From: Chloropicon primus
Taxonomy: Eukaryota
Direction: 5' to 3'
NCBI GenBank assembly: GCA_023205875.1
Contig: CP060767.1
Span: 248,001-312,000 of the forward strand
Length of the DNA stretch: 64,000 nt
This document shows positions 33,309 through 42,858 of the stretch, piece by piece. The position numbers were made by a program, and so were the translations under genes. Numbering within the stretch: position 1 is the first letter of the stretch; every line of letters begins with the position of its first letter. A model generated the notes under the pieces. That model did not search any database. It was not told the origin of the DNA and saw nothing but the letters and a program-made list of their open reading frames with translations.

Positions 33309-36300
33309 TTAGGAAGGGGAGGAGCCTAATGAGTAAGGGTCACTGGAGACTTGGACGGAGAAGACCTGCCTCTTGTCCTTGACGCCCTTGAAGGAGCGCA
33401 TTCCCTTGTCATTGAGGTCGATGTCGACCCACTTGCCCTCGTTCGCGAACTCCATGCCCTTGAGGAAGCAGGACGGGTGGTCCCGGTCGTCCCCGAACCC
33501 GAGGACTTGGCTCAGGTCGGCGTAGGAGGACAAGTGAATGTCTCCCGGCTTGGTGTTCTTCGCGACGCGGGCGGACAGGTTGACCATTGGGCCAAAGTAG
33601 TCGGCCCGGCCGGTCTGGACGTGGGGGGTCACCTTGGTGGGCATGCCGTAGCAGATGCCGATCTGGACGAGGACCATGTGCCGCATCTGCAACGACATCT
33701 TGTAGAATGCATTGTGAGTGGAGAAGAATGAAAACAGCGAATCCTCGCCGTTTTCACCATCCATCTCATCAAATTTTTCGGTCGACGAGACATGCGATAT
33801 CCCGGCACTCCCCATCTTCTCCTCCTCGTCATAAAAGGAGGAAAATTCACCATTGTCACTGTCAAGGCTTCGTTCGTTCTTCCCTGAATTGTGAAAGCTT
33901 TCCTCTTCGCCTTCTTCCAACCCCAATAACGGGTCGCTCGAGTTCCAGTCCGCCCGCCTGAGAATGAGCTGCAGGTGGACGCTCCAAGCGACAGCGTCGT
34001 CCACGGTGGGGAAGGACAGGAAGAAGCACCCCGTCCCGACCTCCTGGCTCTCGTACCCGTTGTACCTCGCCAGCAAGATTCGCACGGTCTGAGAAAAGTT
34101 GTCCACGGCCTTGCTCGCGAGACCCGACTTTTGGAAGGCCTGCGCGACTCTGGGGTAGGTGAACACCAGGGCGACGTGCTCGCCGTGGGCGCCGGGAGCA
34201 TTCTGCGCACCAACGGAGAGGATGCGCTGGGACTCCAAAGGTCCAAAGACGTTAGTGCGGTCCTGCAGCACTTTGGGCAGCATCTCGATCAGCTTGACGG
34301 GCTGAGCAAAGTACCTGACGTCGTGGGCCCCCAAGTCCGTGACTTGTGTTTGACTCAAGGACAATCCCCTCTGCCACTTGCTGTCGAAGAAGGATGAGGA
34401 GAGCACAGTCTGGCCACCGCTCGCGATGTGTGCCAGCTCCAGAGCTTGCAGGATGCCCTTGTACTTGTAAGAGATCGTGTGACCCGCACTGCTTGATCTG
34501 TAGGTCTCAGAATCAAACAAGGAAAATTTCTCGATGTGGTCCACGTGGGCGGACATGGCAACGCAGGGGCCATTGAACAGCGGAGTACCTCGAGACGAGC
34601 GGTAACTTTTGTCGTAACCAAACGCTTCGTTGATGGACTTTGGCCACGGGTACTCCATGAGCGTGGTCTGCGCTGCAAGAGTGAACCTCACGGCAGATGA
34701 AGAGGTCTTGAAAGCGATCATCATCATTTGCTGCGGACTGTCCACCTCCTCCACCGTGCGGATGACGTACCCGCCAAACTGGGAGACAAGGGCCTCAAGG
34801 GTAGAGGACACAATGTCCACAGCTTGGTGGTGCTCATTCGTGAAGTACATTGTATCACTTGCTTCTTTGAGCCCAAGCTTTTCGAGGGCATCATCAAGGG
34901 CTCCAACGTTTTCCATGTCGCTGTGGTCCCTTCCTGTAATTGTGAAAGATTGACTTCTGCCCAATCCTGACCTTGCAGACTCGTTCAGAGGGTTTTGGTA
35001 GTCCGGCACGAATACTGGAGATACAAGGGCATCCGATGCGGTCAGGGCGTCTCTCTTTACATCCACCGGGGCGTTCTTGCTTGCACGCTCACGCTTTCCG
35101 ATCAATGTGATGAAGTTTTCAACAACACCAAAGAAACGAGAGGGCTCGATGATCGCGCACACAATGGCAACCTTGCCGTCCATCGAGGGAACGATGTTCA
35201 TGCCCTGTCCCTTGTCCAGCATATCAACATCTCGGAGAGCTGGGAACACGCGCTCACAAACGGAAGACCTCGCCGGAGACACTTGAAGAATACGGATGGG
35301 AAGACCTTCCTCATCAATCTGGTAGCGGCCCAGGTCCTCGAAGATGGGGTATCCTGCTGCACCCTCATCCCCGGTCGCCATCAACTGTCTCCAAGCAGCC
35401 TCGCTTACGAGAATCTGTCCTCCGTGGCCAACATCTGACAACATGCTCGTCGTCTGCCAAGGCTTGCCTCCATAAGCAACCCTCCTTGTCGTTGGATGAG
35501 ACTTTGCCATGTAAGTGCCCCCTTTCGCAAAGTGCACTGCCATCCGCACCCTTGGTCCGGACCAAACGTACTTGTTCCTGTACAACTTGGATTCGACTTT
35601 CTCGCACTCGTGCAGGTTCTGCACGGCTGGCGGCCAATCGTACTTGAGCAAGTCTTCCTGGACTTTGAAACAGAACAGCAAGGACGTGACCACGTTGGGG
35701 AACATGCACTGGAAAGCGTCTCCTTCCGTGTCCACCTCGTGGCCTCCGAGCTCGGCCAATGCGTTCCTCATGATCTCGTCATGGGCCTCTTGCAACAGGA
35801 GGTAGGCGTCCGCGTCTTGCTCGCAGAGCTTTGTGGACGACTGGATGTCGGTGAAAATGAAGATGCAATCCCTGGTGTTGTCTGAATCCAAAGTTGCGTC
35901 GTTGGTCAAACAAACAGATCCTTCCTCGGCACTAAGCTTGCCGGCCTTTGTTCCGGTGCCCTGGAGGTAGGTGTACACGGAGTTGTTCAGCTTCCTCAAC
36001 CATTCTTCCTCACGTGCACGTTCTTTCTGTCGTTTTTGGTAGCGCCATACAAAGTAGCCAGCAAGGCCAGCTATGCACAAGCACGCAAGGGTGACTCCGA
36101 CCGCAACACCGATGATGGTTTCGGTGTTTCCTTTCCGCATATTCGGGATCGGAATGACTGAGGGCGAGACCACTTGAGGGGATGGCAGGCCTGCGTTGCT
36201 GACGCCCGTGACGTGAGCACTGAATAGCGTTCCATTGGTGATTTGACTTGGAGGTATAGTGCTCTCGATCATCGTCTCGTTTCCACTCACTGCTACCTTA

Positions 36301-39300
36301 TCGATGACGTCCCTGCCCCGCAAAAGTTTGACGGCGTATTGACTGATACCGCTGTTGCTCATGAACGCATCCCACTTGACGCGGTAATGGCCAGCAACGT
36401 CCACGTCAAGCGCTACCTTGACCCCTGTCACATTGGGGGGCAGCAAATCAATTGTGGTGCCTGCGGAAGTTATGTTGTTCCCCTTGACTCCAGTCATATC
36501 ATAGGCATTCACGATGACGTAGTAAGTCTCGCCATCGACCAAGGCCATGTGTCTCTCCTCCAAATTCCAATTGTGCCGAATCATCGTGTCATTTGGGCCT
36601 ATGAACTCGACTCTGCCAATGTTCGTCATAGGGTTCACGTTGTCATCCCCTGGATTAGTTCCGATGCCGAACTCATACTTGATGGTTGCGTTGAAGTTCT
36701 TGGGAAGGTCATCTTGTAGCTCATACCTAGGAAAGGTGAAACTGAGCTGCGTGGGTTCACTCGAATACTTCTTTGCAAGAACATCGCACTGGTCAATCGT
36801 AGAGTCCTGCGTAAGGAAGACGCACATGGGCGGCACGATGTCACTGCAGGCCTCATGAAAGTCCGTGTCCTCTGCGGTGACATCCAAAGCTTCGCAAAAA
36901 TCTGGAAGAGTGCCACACACTCCACCATTGCCACTGATATCCAATCTTTCAATGGTGGTTGTATTCTGGCAGAGGTAGGGATCAATCGGCCCGCTGTAAT
37001 TGTTGTAGGACAAGGTAGCTTGCCGCACGGCCTGCTTCGACATCAGGTCCCATGGGATGAAGCCTGAGAGCTTTTGATTCTCTGAGATGTAGACATTCCA
37101 CGGCATATGCTCGATCTCTTTCGAGATATTCAGGTACTTCAGGTTTGTGTTGTACTCCACAGCAAAAATGTGGTTGAATTTTTCGTCCCTCTCGTTCACG
37201 GTCATCTCTTCGCCGTCGCTCAAGAGCCTCCGCCCGTCTTGCGTTCCACCCTCGATCTTGGACGGAAGTGGTGATCCCAAGGCTTTGATGGCAGGCAGCG
37301 ATACCGAGACGAGGTTCTCATTGCTGCCTATGACGAAAGAGCCCGCGACATGCGTCAAGCTCGTGAGCTGGTCAACACTTGTCATGCCAAGGTTGTTAAA
37401 GAGCGCAAAGGAACCATTGATGGTTGCAAGATTCTCAAGACCTCTCAAGTTCAGGAGCTTCTGGTTCAGTTGGACGTCGAGAGAGCCGCCGATCTCCATC
37501 AGGAACTCAAGTCCAGAAAGGTTCTTGAGCAGTGGATTGTACTTGAGCGTCAGACTGGTGCCGATACGAGTGAGCGAATACACGCCATCCATGCTCTTGA
37601 GGTACGCATTGTTGATTATGGTCAACTTGCCACCGATGGACTGAACGCCACCCAAGCCCTTCAAGCTTCTCAAGCCTGTCATTTTCAGCAGCACCGACTG
37701 ACCAATCCTGCTGAGATTCTCCAGACCGACCAGATTCTTGAGCCTAACATTTCCATCCAGGACCAAAGACCGACCCAAGTCTCTCAAAGACTTTAGGCTC
37801 GATATGTCTGTGAGCTCATTGTTGGCCTGGAATATGATCGAGTCGGTCACATTGAGAAGCTTCTCCGTGCCTTTCAAGCTCCTCAGAGTGGGGCAATCCA
37901 CGATGATCAAGCTGCCTTTGATCTTTGTCACATTCTCAAGAGCGGAAAGATCCTCGATTGCGGATCCGTTCATGGTCCGGCAAGCTCCGATGATAATGCT
38001 TCTGCCTAACTCCCCAGTAACCGTGCTTCTGTGCTTTGCGATGAAGCTTGTGAGGTTGGCTACTGTGGATATGGGCTCCACGAACTCGTAGCTCACTGAT
38101 GTGCCACCGCACTGCTGTATGGTTCTGTTTCCGTTCATTCTCGCGAGGTTCAAGTCAATCTGGCTCATGGTTTTTTGCTTCAACTGCAATCGCACGAACT
38201 TGTAGCTCGAATCCACTTTGAGCACAAAGGGGGGCGGCAGCTCCGAGCCGGACGCTACGTAAAGGTCCAAGCCCCTCTTGTAAGTGTCATTGTAGATAGA
38301 AACTGCGAACTGGTCCAGCGTTGGTCCATTCAGCATCGGGTTGTTGAAGTTGTGGCCACTGGAGAAGTCATTGCAAATGGCTTGGTCCCCGTTGATAGAG
38401 GTGTGAAACCTGTTGAAGTTCAAAACCAAGACAGATCTTTCCCCAATGTTGTCCATGTCGTAATCGTTGTTGGTGTTCAGCTGCCAGGAGCACGACGTGT
38501 CCTTGAACTTTTGCATTTCGATGCCAAGGCTATCAAAGATAATCTCACCATCCGTGTCAAGCTTCGTCGTGTACCCGAGCGGGCTGCAGCCGATGACGTT
38601 GTCCGAGAATCCTGAGGTCAGGTTGAGAGCTTCGCAGGACTCGCCAATGTTGTTGCCAGCCCAAAGGTCCATGAAGCTTTGCAAACGAGTCACGTCTTCG
38701 AAGTCTTCGTAATAATCCTCTACGTTCTCCCACGTGTCGTCGGGGTCATCCCAGCCCTCGTACTGAAAGTCCTCATCATCGTAAAAGTAATCCGGACTCC
38801 GAACTTCGCTGTTCACTTCTGACATGCACGAGGGCACCGCGCCGCAAAGGTTAATGTTTTGGCCCAAGTCTATCTTTGGGACCCTGGCAAGCAGATCGCA
38901 GTAGGAGTCCGGAATCTGACCGTGGAAGTCGTTGAAGGACAAGTCGACCGAGGTCAAATTGCCCTCAAGACTGTTGAGCCAATCGATCACCGTGGCGATG
39001 GGCATGTGCAAGCGCGGATTGTTCGATATCACAACGGACCCTTCCCCGATCGTCTTGATACGCTGGATCCCCTCCAGCGACTCGAAGTAAGGATTTCCAA
39101 AGATGAAGATGCCCTCATCCACCCCCGTCATCTCGGAGATGGTCGGATTGCCATCCGCCAGCTCCTGAAAGCTCGTTTTCTGCGACCCGTAGAGGGACAT
39201 CCATCCCTGGAGGACGCCGTCATCGAGCTCGACATCGTCGTCCTCTTTCTCAGGCCGCTCGCCATTTTCTCCGGGGGGAGGGGGGTACTGCCTCCATATG

Positions 39301-40322
39301 GGAAAGTAGTTCAGCTCGAGCTCAAATCCAGTGAAGTTGGCGACTTGCCCGTGGTAGGATTCCACGTCGACGTCCAGCTGAATCGCGATCGACTTGTCTC
39401 GCGTCGGTATGAAGGCGTACACGTTTTGCACGTACTCGAGGGAGCTGAAGCCGTCGTCGCCGATGTGGAGCCTGAGGAACAAGCTGTCGTCATCGACGCA
39501 CGTCTGCATGCCAGAAAAGCCTCTGAGCGTCGCGGGCGAGTTGGAGGAGAACGACTGGACGCGGACGCCAATCAAGGTGCCGTCGGGTAGGGCAGGCGGG
39601 AAGTCCATGATCCAGAGGCACGAAACTTCCGTGCCCTGTCCCCCCCTGCTGCTCTCCGCTTCCGAGTTGTAAAAGACGTCCGCCTCCATCGCTTGGATGC
39701 TCACGCCGTCCGGCGAGCAAATCAGTCCCGAGAGAGACGGGTTGAACGCCGCGCCCTGGTAAGGGGCCAGCCCACTCAATTGACTCGCCCGGCTCGCCTT
39801 CTCCGCCCTGGTCAGGTCAGGGGGAGGGCTGTCCCACAGCCTGCTCTGCAACAGCCGCTCCCAATTGATGTCCTCCCTCAAGCCACCCAGCTGGCTCGCC
39901 GCGTTGTTGATATCAGAGGGAGCGCCTGGTATGGGCTCCTGCGCGGTGCCCAAGGCGTTGTCGCTCTCATCATCACCCCCCGTCCAACCAAACACGTCGT
40001 CGTCGTCGTCGTCGTCGTCCTTGGCGGTCCCTCCCGTCACCGTCGGAAACGCCAGGCGGCCCTGCAACTGCGACGGCCTCGAGTCTGTTCCCATCCGCGG
40101 CCCCGGCGGCTCCGTCGGCGTCGGAAGCAGCGTCGCCGGCGTCCTCTCCCTCGAGGGCCGTGAAGAAGACCCTGACCTTCGTGATGCCGGAGGCTGGCCG
40201 TGCCCCAGCGACGAGAGCAAAAAACAAGCGAAAGCGAGAACGACGACGAACTTGTGGAAGGACACTCCGAGGAACCTCGAGAGTGACCTCCCCGGACACC
40301 GCCCTCCCTCGCGCACCGCCAT
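33309..40322 (-). CDS. Receptor-type class III nucleotidyl cyclase, paralog A (signal peptide, CUB-like, LRR/receptor-L repeats, FnIII-like, TM, three cyclase domains), 2337 aa, intronless
   Basis: Signal FVVVLAFACFLLSSLGHG; 25-aa LxGLxxLxxIGxxLxIxxN repeats; TM IIGVAVGVTLACLCIAGLAGYFVW; FTDIQSST..EGDAF..GPRVRMAVH..HGGQILVS; RADYFGPMVNLSARV. Confidence 0.88.
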   Translation of the reverse strand: MAVREGGRCPGRSLSRFLGVSFHKFVVVLAFACFLLSSLGHGQPPASRRSGSSSRPSRERTPATLLPTPTEPPGPRMGTDSRPSQLQGRLAFPTVTGGTAKDDDDDDDDVFGWTGGDDESDNALGTAQEPIPGAPSDINNAASQLGGLREDINWERLLQSRLWDSPPPDLTRAEKASRASQLSGLAPYQGAAFNPSLSGLICSPDGVSIQAMEADVFYNSEAESSRGGQGTEVSCLWIMDFPPALPDGTLIGVRVQSFSSNSPATLRGFSGMQTCVDDDSLFLRLHIGDDGFSSLEYVQNVYAFIPTRDKSIAIQLDVDVESYHGQVANFTGFELELNYFPIWRQYPPPPGENGERPEKEDDDVELDDGVLQGWMSLYGSQKTSFQELADGNPTISEMTGVDEGIFIFGNPYFESLEGIQRIKTIGEGSVVISNNPRLHMPIATVIDWLNSLEGNLTSVDLSFNDFHGQIPDSYCDLLARVPKIDLGQNINLCGAVPSCMSEVNSEVRSPDYFYDDEDFQYEGWDDPDDTWENVEDYYEDFEDVTRLQSFMDLWAGNNIGESCEALNLTSGFSDNVIGCSPLGYTTKLDTDGEIIFDSLGIEMQKFKDTSCSWQLNTNNDYDMDNIGERSVLVLNFNRFHTSINGDQAICNDFSSGHNFNNPMLNGPTLDQFAVSIYNDTYKRGLDLYVASGSELPPPFVLKVDSSYKFVRLQLKQKTMSQIDLNLARMNGNRTIQQCGGTSVSYEFVEPISTVANLTSFIAKHRSTVTGELGRSIIIGACRTMNGSAIEDLSALENVTKIKGSLIIVDCPTLRSLKGTEKLLNVTDSIIFQANNELTDISSLKSLRDLGRSLVLDGNVRLKNLVGLENLSRIGQSVLLKMTGLRSLKGLGGVQSIGGKLTIINNAYLKSMDGVYSLTRIGTSLTLKYNPLLKNLSGLEFLMEIGGSLDVQLNQKLLNLRGLENLATINGSFALFNNLGMTSVDQLTSLTHVAGSFVIGSNENLVSVSLPAIKALGSPLPSKIEGGTQDGRRLLSDGEEMTVNERDEKFNHIFAVEYNTNLKYLNISKEIEHMPWNVYISENQKLSGFIPWDLMSKQAVRQATLSYNNYSGPIDPYLCQNTTTIERLDISGNGGVCGTLPDFCEALDVTAEDTDFHEACSDIVPPMCVFLTQDSTIDQCDVLAKKYSSEPTQLSFTFPRYELQDDLPKNFNATIKYEFGIGTNPGDDNVNPMTNIGRVEFIGPNDTMIRHNWNLEERHMALVDGETYYVIVNAYDMTGVKGNNITSAGTTIDLLPPNVTGVKVALDVDVAGHYRVKWDAFMSNSGISQYAVKLLRGRDVIDKVAVSGNETMIESTIPPSQITNGTLFSAHVTGVSNAGLPSPQVVSPSVIPIPNMRKGNTETIIGVAVGVTLACLCIAGLAGYFVWRYQKRQKERAREEEWLRKLNNSVYTYLQGTGTKAGKLSAEEGSVCLTNDATLDSDNTRDCIFIFTDIQSSTKLCEQDADAYLLLQEAHDEIMRNALAELGGHEVDTEGDAFQCMFPNVVTSLLFCFKVQEDLLKYDWPPAVQNLHECEKVESKLYRNKYVWSGPRVRMAVHFAKGGTYMAKSHPTTRRVAYGGKPWQTTSMLSDVGHGGQILVSEAAWRQLMATGDEGAAGYPIFEDLGRYQIDEEGLPIRILQVSPARSSVCERVFPALRDVDMLDKGQGMNIVPSMDGKVAIVCAIIEPSRFFGVVENFITLIGKRERASKNAPVDVKRDALTASDALVSPVFVPDYQNPLNESARSGLGRSQSFTITGRDHSDMENVGALDDALEKLGLKEASDTMYFTNEHHQAVDIVSSTLEALVSQFGGYVIRTVEEVDSPQQMMMIAFKTSSSAVRFTLAAQTTLMEYPWPKSINEAFGYDKSYRSSRGTPLFNGPCVAMSAHVDHIEKFSLFDSETYRSSSAGHTISYKYKGILQALELAHIASGGQTVLSSSFFDSKWQRGLSLSQTQVTDLGAHDVRYFAQPVKLIEMLPKVLQDRTNVFGPLESQRILSVGAQNAPGAHGEHVALVFTYPRVAQAFQKSGLASKAVDNFSQTVRILLARYNGYESQEVGTGCFFLSFPTVDDAVAWSVHLQLILRRADWNSSDPLLGLEEGEEESFHNSGKNERSLDSDNGEFSSFYDEEEKMGSAGISHVSSTEKFDEMDGENGEDSLFSFFSTHNAFYKMSLQMRHMVLVQIGICYGMPTKVTPHVQTGRADYFGPMVNLSARVAKNTKPGDIHLSSYADLSQVLGFGDDRDHPSCFLKGMEFANEGKWVDIDLNDKGMRSFKGVKDKRQVFSVQVSSDPYSLGSSPS

Positions 40323-40761
40323 GCCTGCCTTGCGCCTTGCCTTGTCGTAACGCTCGCGAGGACGTTAAACTCCTCTCCTCTTAGAGCTGAGGAATTTTTT
40401 TGGAGACGGAAGATCACTTCCCCGTCCTTCCAGGAGCGTCACGGAGGAGTCCAGGAGATTGGTGCTGGTGAGGAGGAGGAGGGTGATTGGCAGGTAGTTT
40501 AAGATGGCATCCGCGTCTTCCCTTCCCCTTCCTCTTTCGAAAGGTCCCTCACTTGGAATGACTTGTGATGATGATGACGCAGGGAGGAGGCCGATGGTTT
40601 ACTACCGCTAATGTTTTACTTTACACACATCACAAGGATGTTCACATCTGATCTGACACATGGTTACGCCTCCTCCTTCTCCTCCTCCAAACACACACAC
40701 ACACACACACACACTCTCTCTCTCTCTCTCGATCTCTCTCTCGATATCGCACCTCGCAGAC

Positions 40762-42636
40762 TCACGATGCGTCGCAGAAGGAGGGGCACTGCTCGTTCTC
40801 GCTGTAGTCCTCCAGTCCCAGGGCCCGCCGCGCTTCCTTCCAAAGCTCGTGCGTCTTCATCCTGTACCGCCGGGCCAGGGTGCTCTTGTCTCGCGTCACC
40901 AGGACGTTCAGGTGGTGCGGAATGCCCAGCTCCCTCGTCAGCAAGTAGTGGATGTCGGTGTACGCGCCGTAGAGCGGGTGCTCGGGCCAATACGGGTGAT
41001 CCCGACCCACCCGGTCGGGCTTGGGTTCCCTCAGCCTCCAGTTGCTCGCGATCGAGTACGAGTACTCCTGATCCGTCTGGTAGGGCGCGTACAGCTCCGT
41101 CGTCACCGGCCCGCTCTGGACCCCCGTGCTCTCGTACGCCAGCAGGAGGGCCCCGTGCTGCGTCAGGGTCTCCAGGTCCGAAGGGGGGATCCTCTCGTCC
41201 AAGCCGTTCAGAGTCACCACCGTGTAATTGTCCCCCTTCCGGAAGGACCACTCCCGGTCGCAGTGAAGCTCGCCGGCCCTGTCGTACCACCCGTCCCTCC
41301 AGTTCTGCCGCCACGCCTCGGGGTGCGAGGGGGACGAGTCCGTGCCCCTCACGTGCTCCAGCACCCTCTCCGACTCGCTGTCCATGAGCCAGCACCGGAG
41401 GGACTCCATGCCCGCCTCGCTCGCCAGGACCCGGTCCACCAGGGCCTGGACGGGGTCCTCGGCCTCCGGGGTCCACACCAAGTCGTTCTCTCCCGTGCGC
41501 TGCTCCCCCTCGCTGTCGTCGACCTGGCGGAGGAGGTCCGTGGTGAGCCCCAGCTGCTCCGGGCTCGCCGCGAACACCCAAGCCGCCTGGCAGAACTTGC
41601 GATGGGCGTGGAACCAAGGCTGCTGGTCCCTCTGGGACACCAGGACCTTCCCGTCGACCATCCACTTTGTGGTGGACCACAGGAAGCTCGGCCTCCTCGT
41701 CACCAGGGTCGTCGCGAAGGGGTGGCCCCGAGCCTTCTCGGTCTCCGAGGAGGGCATGTGGGCCACTTGGATCGACACGGGCTTGGTGGCGTCCTCCCTG
41801 GCGCTCCACTTGAGGGCGATCTCCTGGTAGAACACCATCGGGGGCGCGGGGTACTCCCGGATGTCGTTCAGCATGAAGTTCAGGGAGAAGAAGGACCCGT
41901 CGGTGGCGTTGAAGGGCAGCCCGTGCCCCTCGGGGAAGCTCCGGAGGTAGCACGACGTCCCCCCGAGGTCCTCGCTGCAGGTGGTGTCCCCGTGCGTCTC
42001 GAGCGAGTGCATCACGCCATTGTACTCGATGTGCACGTGGTGCGAGTACAGCGGCGGGTGCCCCAGCACTCGACCCGCCTCGTCCACCGGCGCGGCCAAC
42101 TTGCCTGTGATGAACTTGGCCCTCCTCGGCGCCGGAAGCGGGTGAACCCAAACCTGGTGCCAGTCGCTCCCTCCCATGCCGACGAAGGGACCGAACCGGT
42201 AGATCTGCCACCCCGTGCCGCCCGCCTCCCGGCCCTCCCCGTCATCCACCACCTCGCAGGTCCTCATGCTCACGTACCTCTCCTCCTTGGGGTAATCGTT
42301 GTGATTGGGAACGAAGGACTTGTCCCCGAAGAGGTAGGTGTTGAAGATGCCCTCCCTCGCCATGTCGATGGACTCCCACCCTCCAGCCTCGTCGCACTGC
42401 CTCGTCCTCTTCCTCACGTAGTCCGACATCTTGCCCCTCCTGTAGTCCCCGAGCGACAGCAACGCCTCGTCGTCGTCGTGGACCATCACACTTCGACGGC
42501 GCGCAGGCAACGAGGAAGCCGCGGCGGAGTCATGGCGGGTGGTTGGCCTCCGTCCCGCCAGGAACAAGTCCGCGGCAAGGACAAGGACAACGAGCAACCC
42601 GCAAGCAACGAGGGTGACGCGAGGAGGAGGCGCCAT
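40762..42636 (-). CDS. Type II membrane/secreted His-motif protein, paralog 1 (possible copper-monooxygenase-like), 624 aa
   Basis: N-terminal hydrophobic anchor; motifs GGSDWHQ, GHPPLYSHHVH, LETHGD, WFHAH, YDRAG, TQHG shared with two adjacent paralogs. The gene is well supported; the function is inferred. Confidence 0.8.
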   Translation of the reverse strand: MAPPPRVTLVACGLLVVLVLAADLFLAGRRPTTRHDSAAASSLPARRRSVMVHDDDEALLSLGDYRRGKMSDYVRKRTRQCDEAGGWESIDMAREGIFNTYLFGDKSFVPNHNDYPKEERYVSMRTCEVVDDGEGREAGGTGWQIYRFGPFVGMGGSDWHQVWVHPLPAPRRAKFITGKLAAPVDEAGRVLGHPPLYSHHVHIEYNGVMHSLETHGDTTCSEDLGGTSCYLRSFPEGHGLPFNATDGSFFSLNFMLNDIREYPAPPMVFYQEIALKWSAREDATKPVSIQVAHMPSSETEKARGHPFATTLVTRRPSFLWSTTKWMVDGKVLVSQRDQQPWFHAHRKFCQAAWVFAASPEQLGLTTDLLRQVDDSEGEQRTGENDLVWTPEAEDPVQALVDRVLASEAGMESLRCWLMDSESERVLEHVRGTDSSPSHPEAWRQNWRDGWYDRAGELHCDREWSFRKGDNYTVVTLNGLDERIPPSDLETLTQHGALLLAYESTGVQSGPVTTELYAPYQTDQEYSYSIASNWRLREPKPDRVGRDHPYWPEHPLYGAYTDIHYLLTRELGIPHHLNVLVTRDKSTLARRYRMKTHELWKEARRALGLEDYSENEQCPSFCDAS

Positions 42637-42858
42637 CGTCTCAGGTTTTCACTGCTGTGGTGGTTGGTTGCCCGCGGACGTTACGATTGCGGATCCACGG
42701 AGACGTTACGAGAAAAAAAATATTGAGATTGAGATCGAGGGGGCTGGAGGGACTTCGACGTCAAAAGGGTGATGGATGGACGGTGATGGATTCTACCTAC
42801 AGCAACAACAGCAAAGGAGTCCAAGGCTCCAGCTTGGTTTAGTTCGGCAAAGTAAAAT

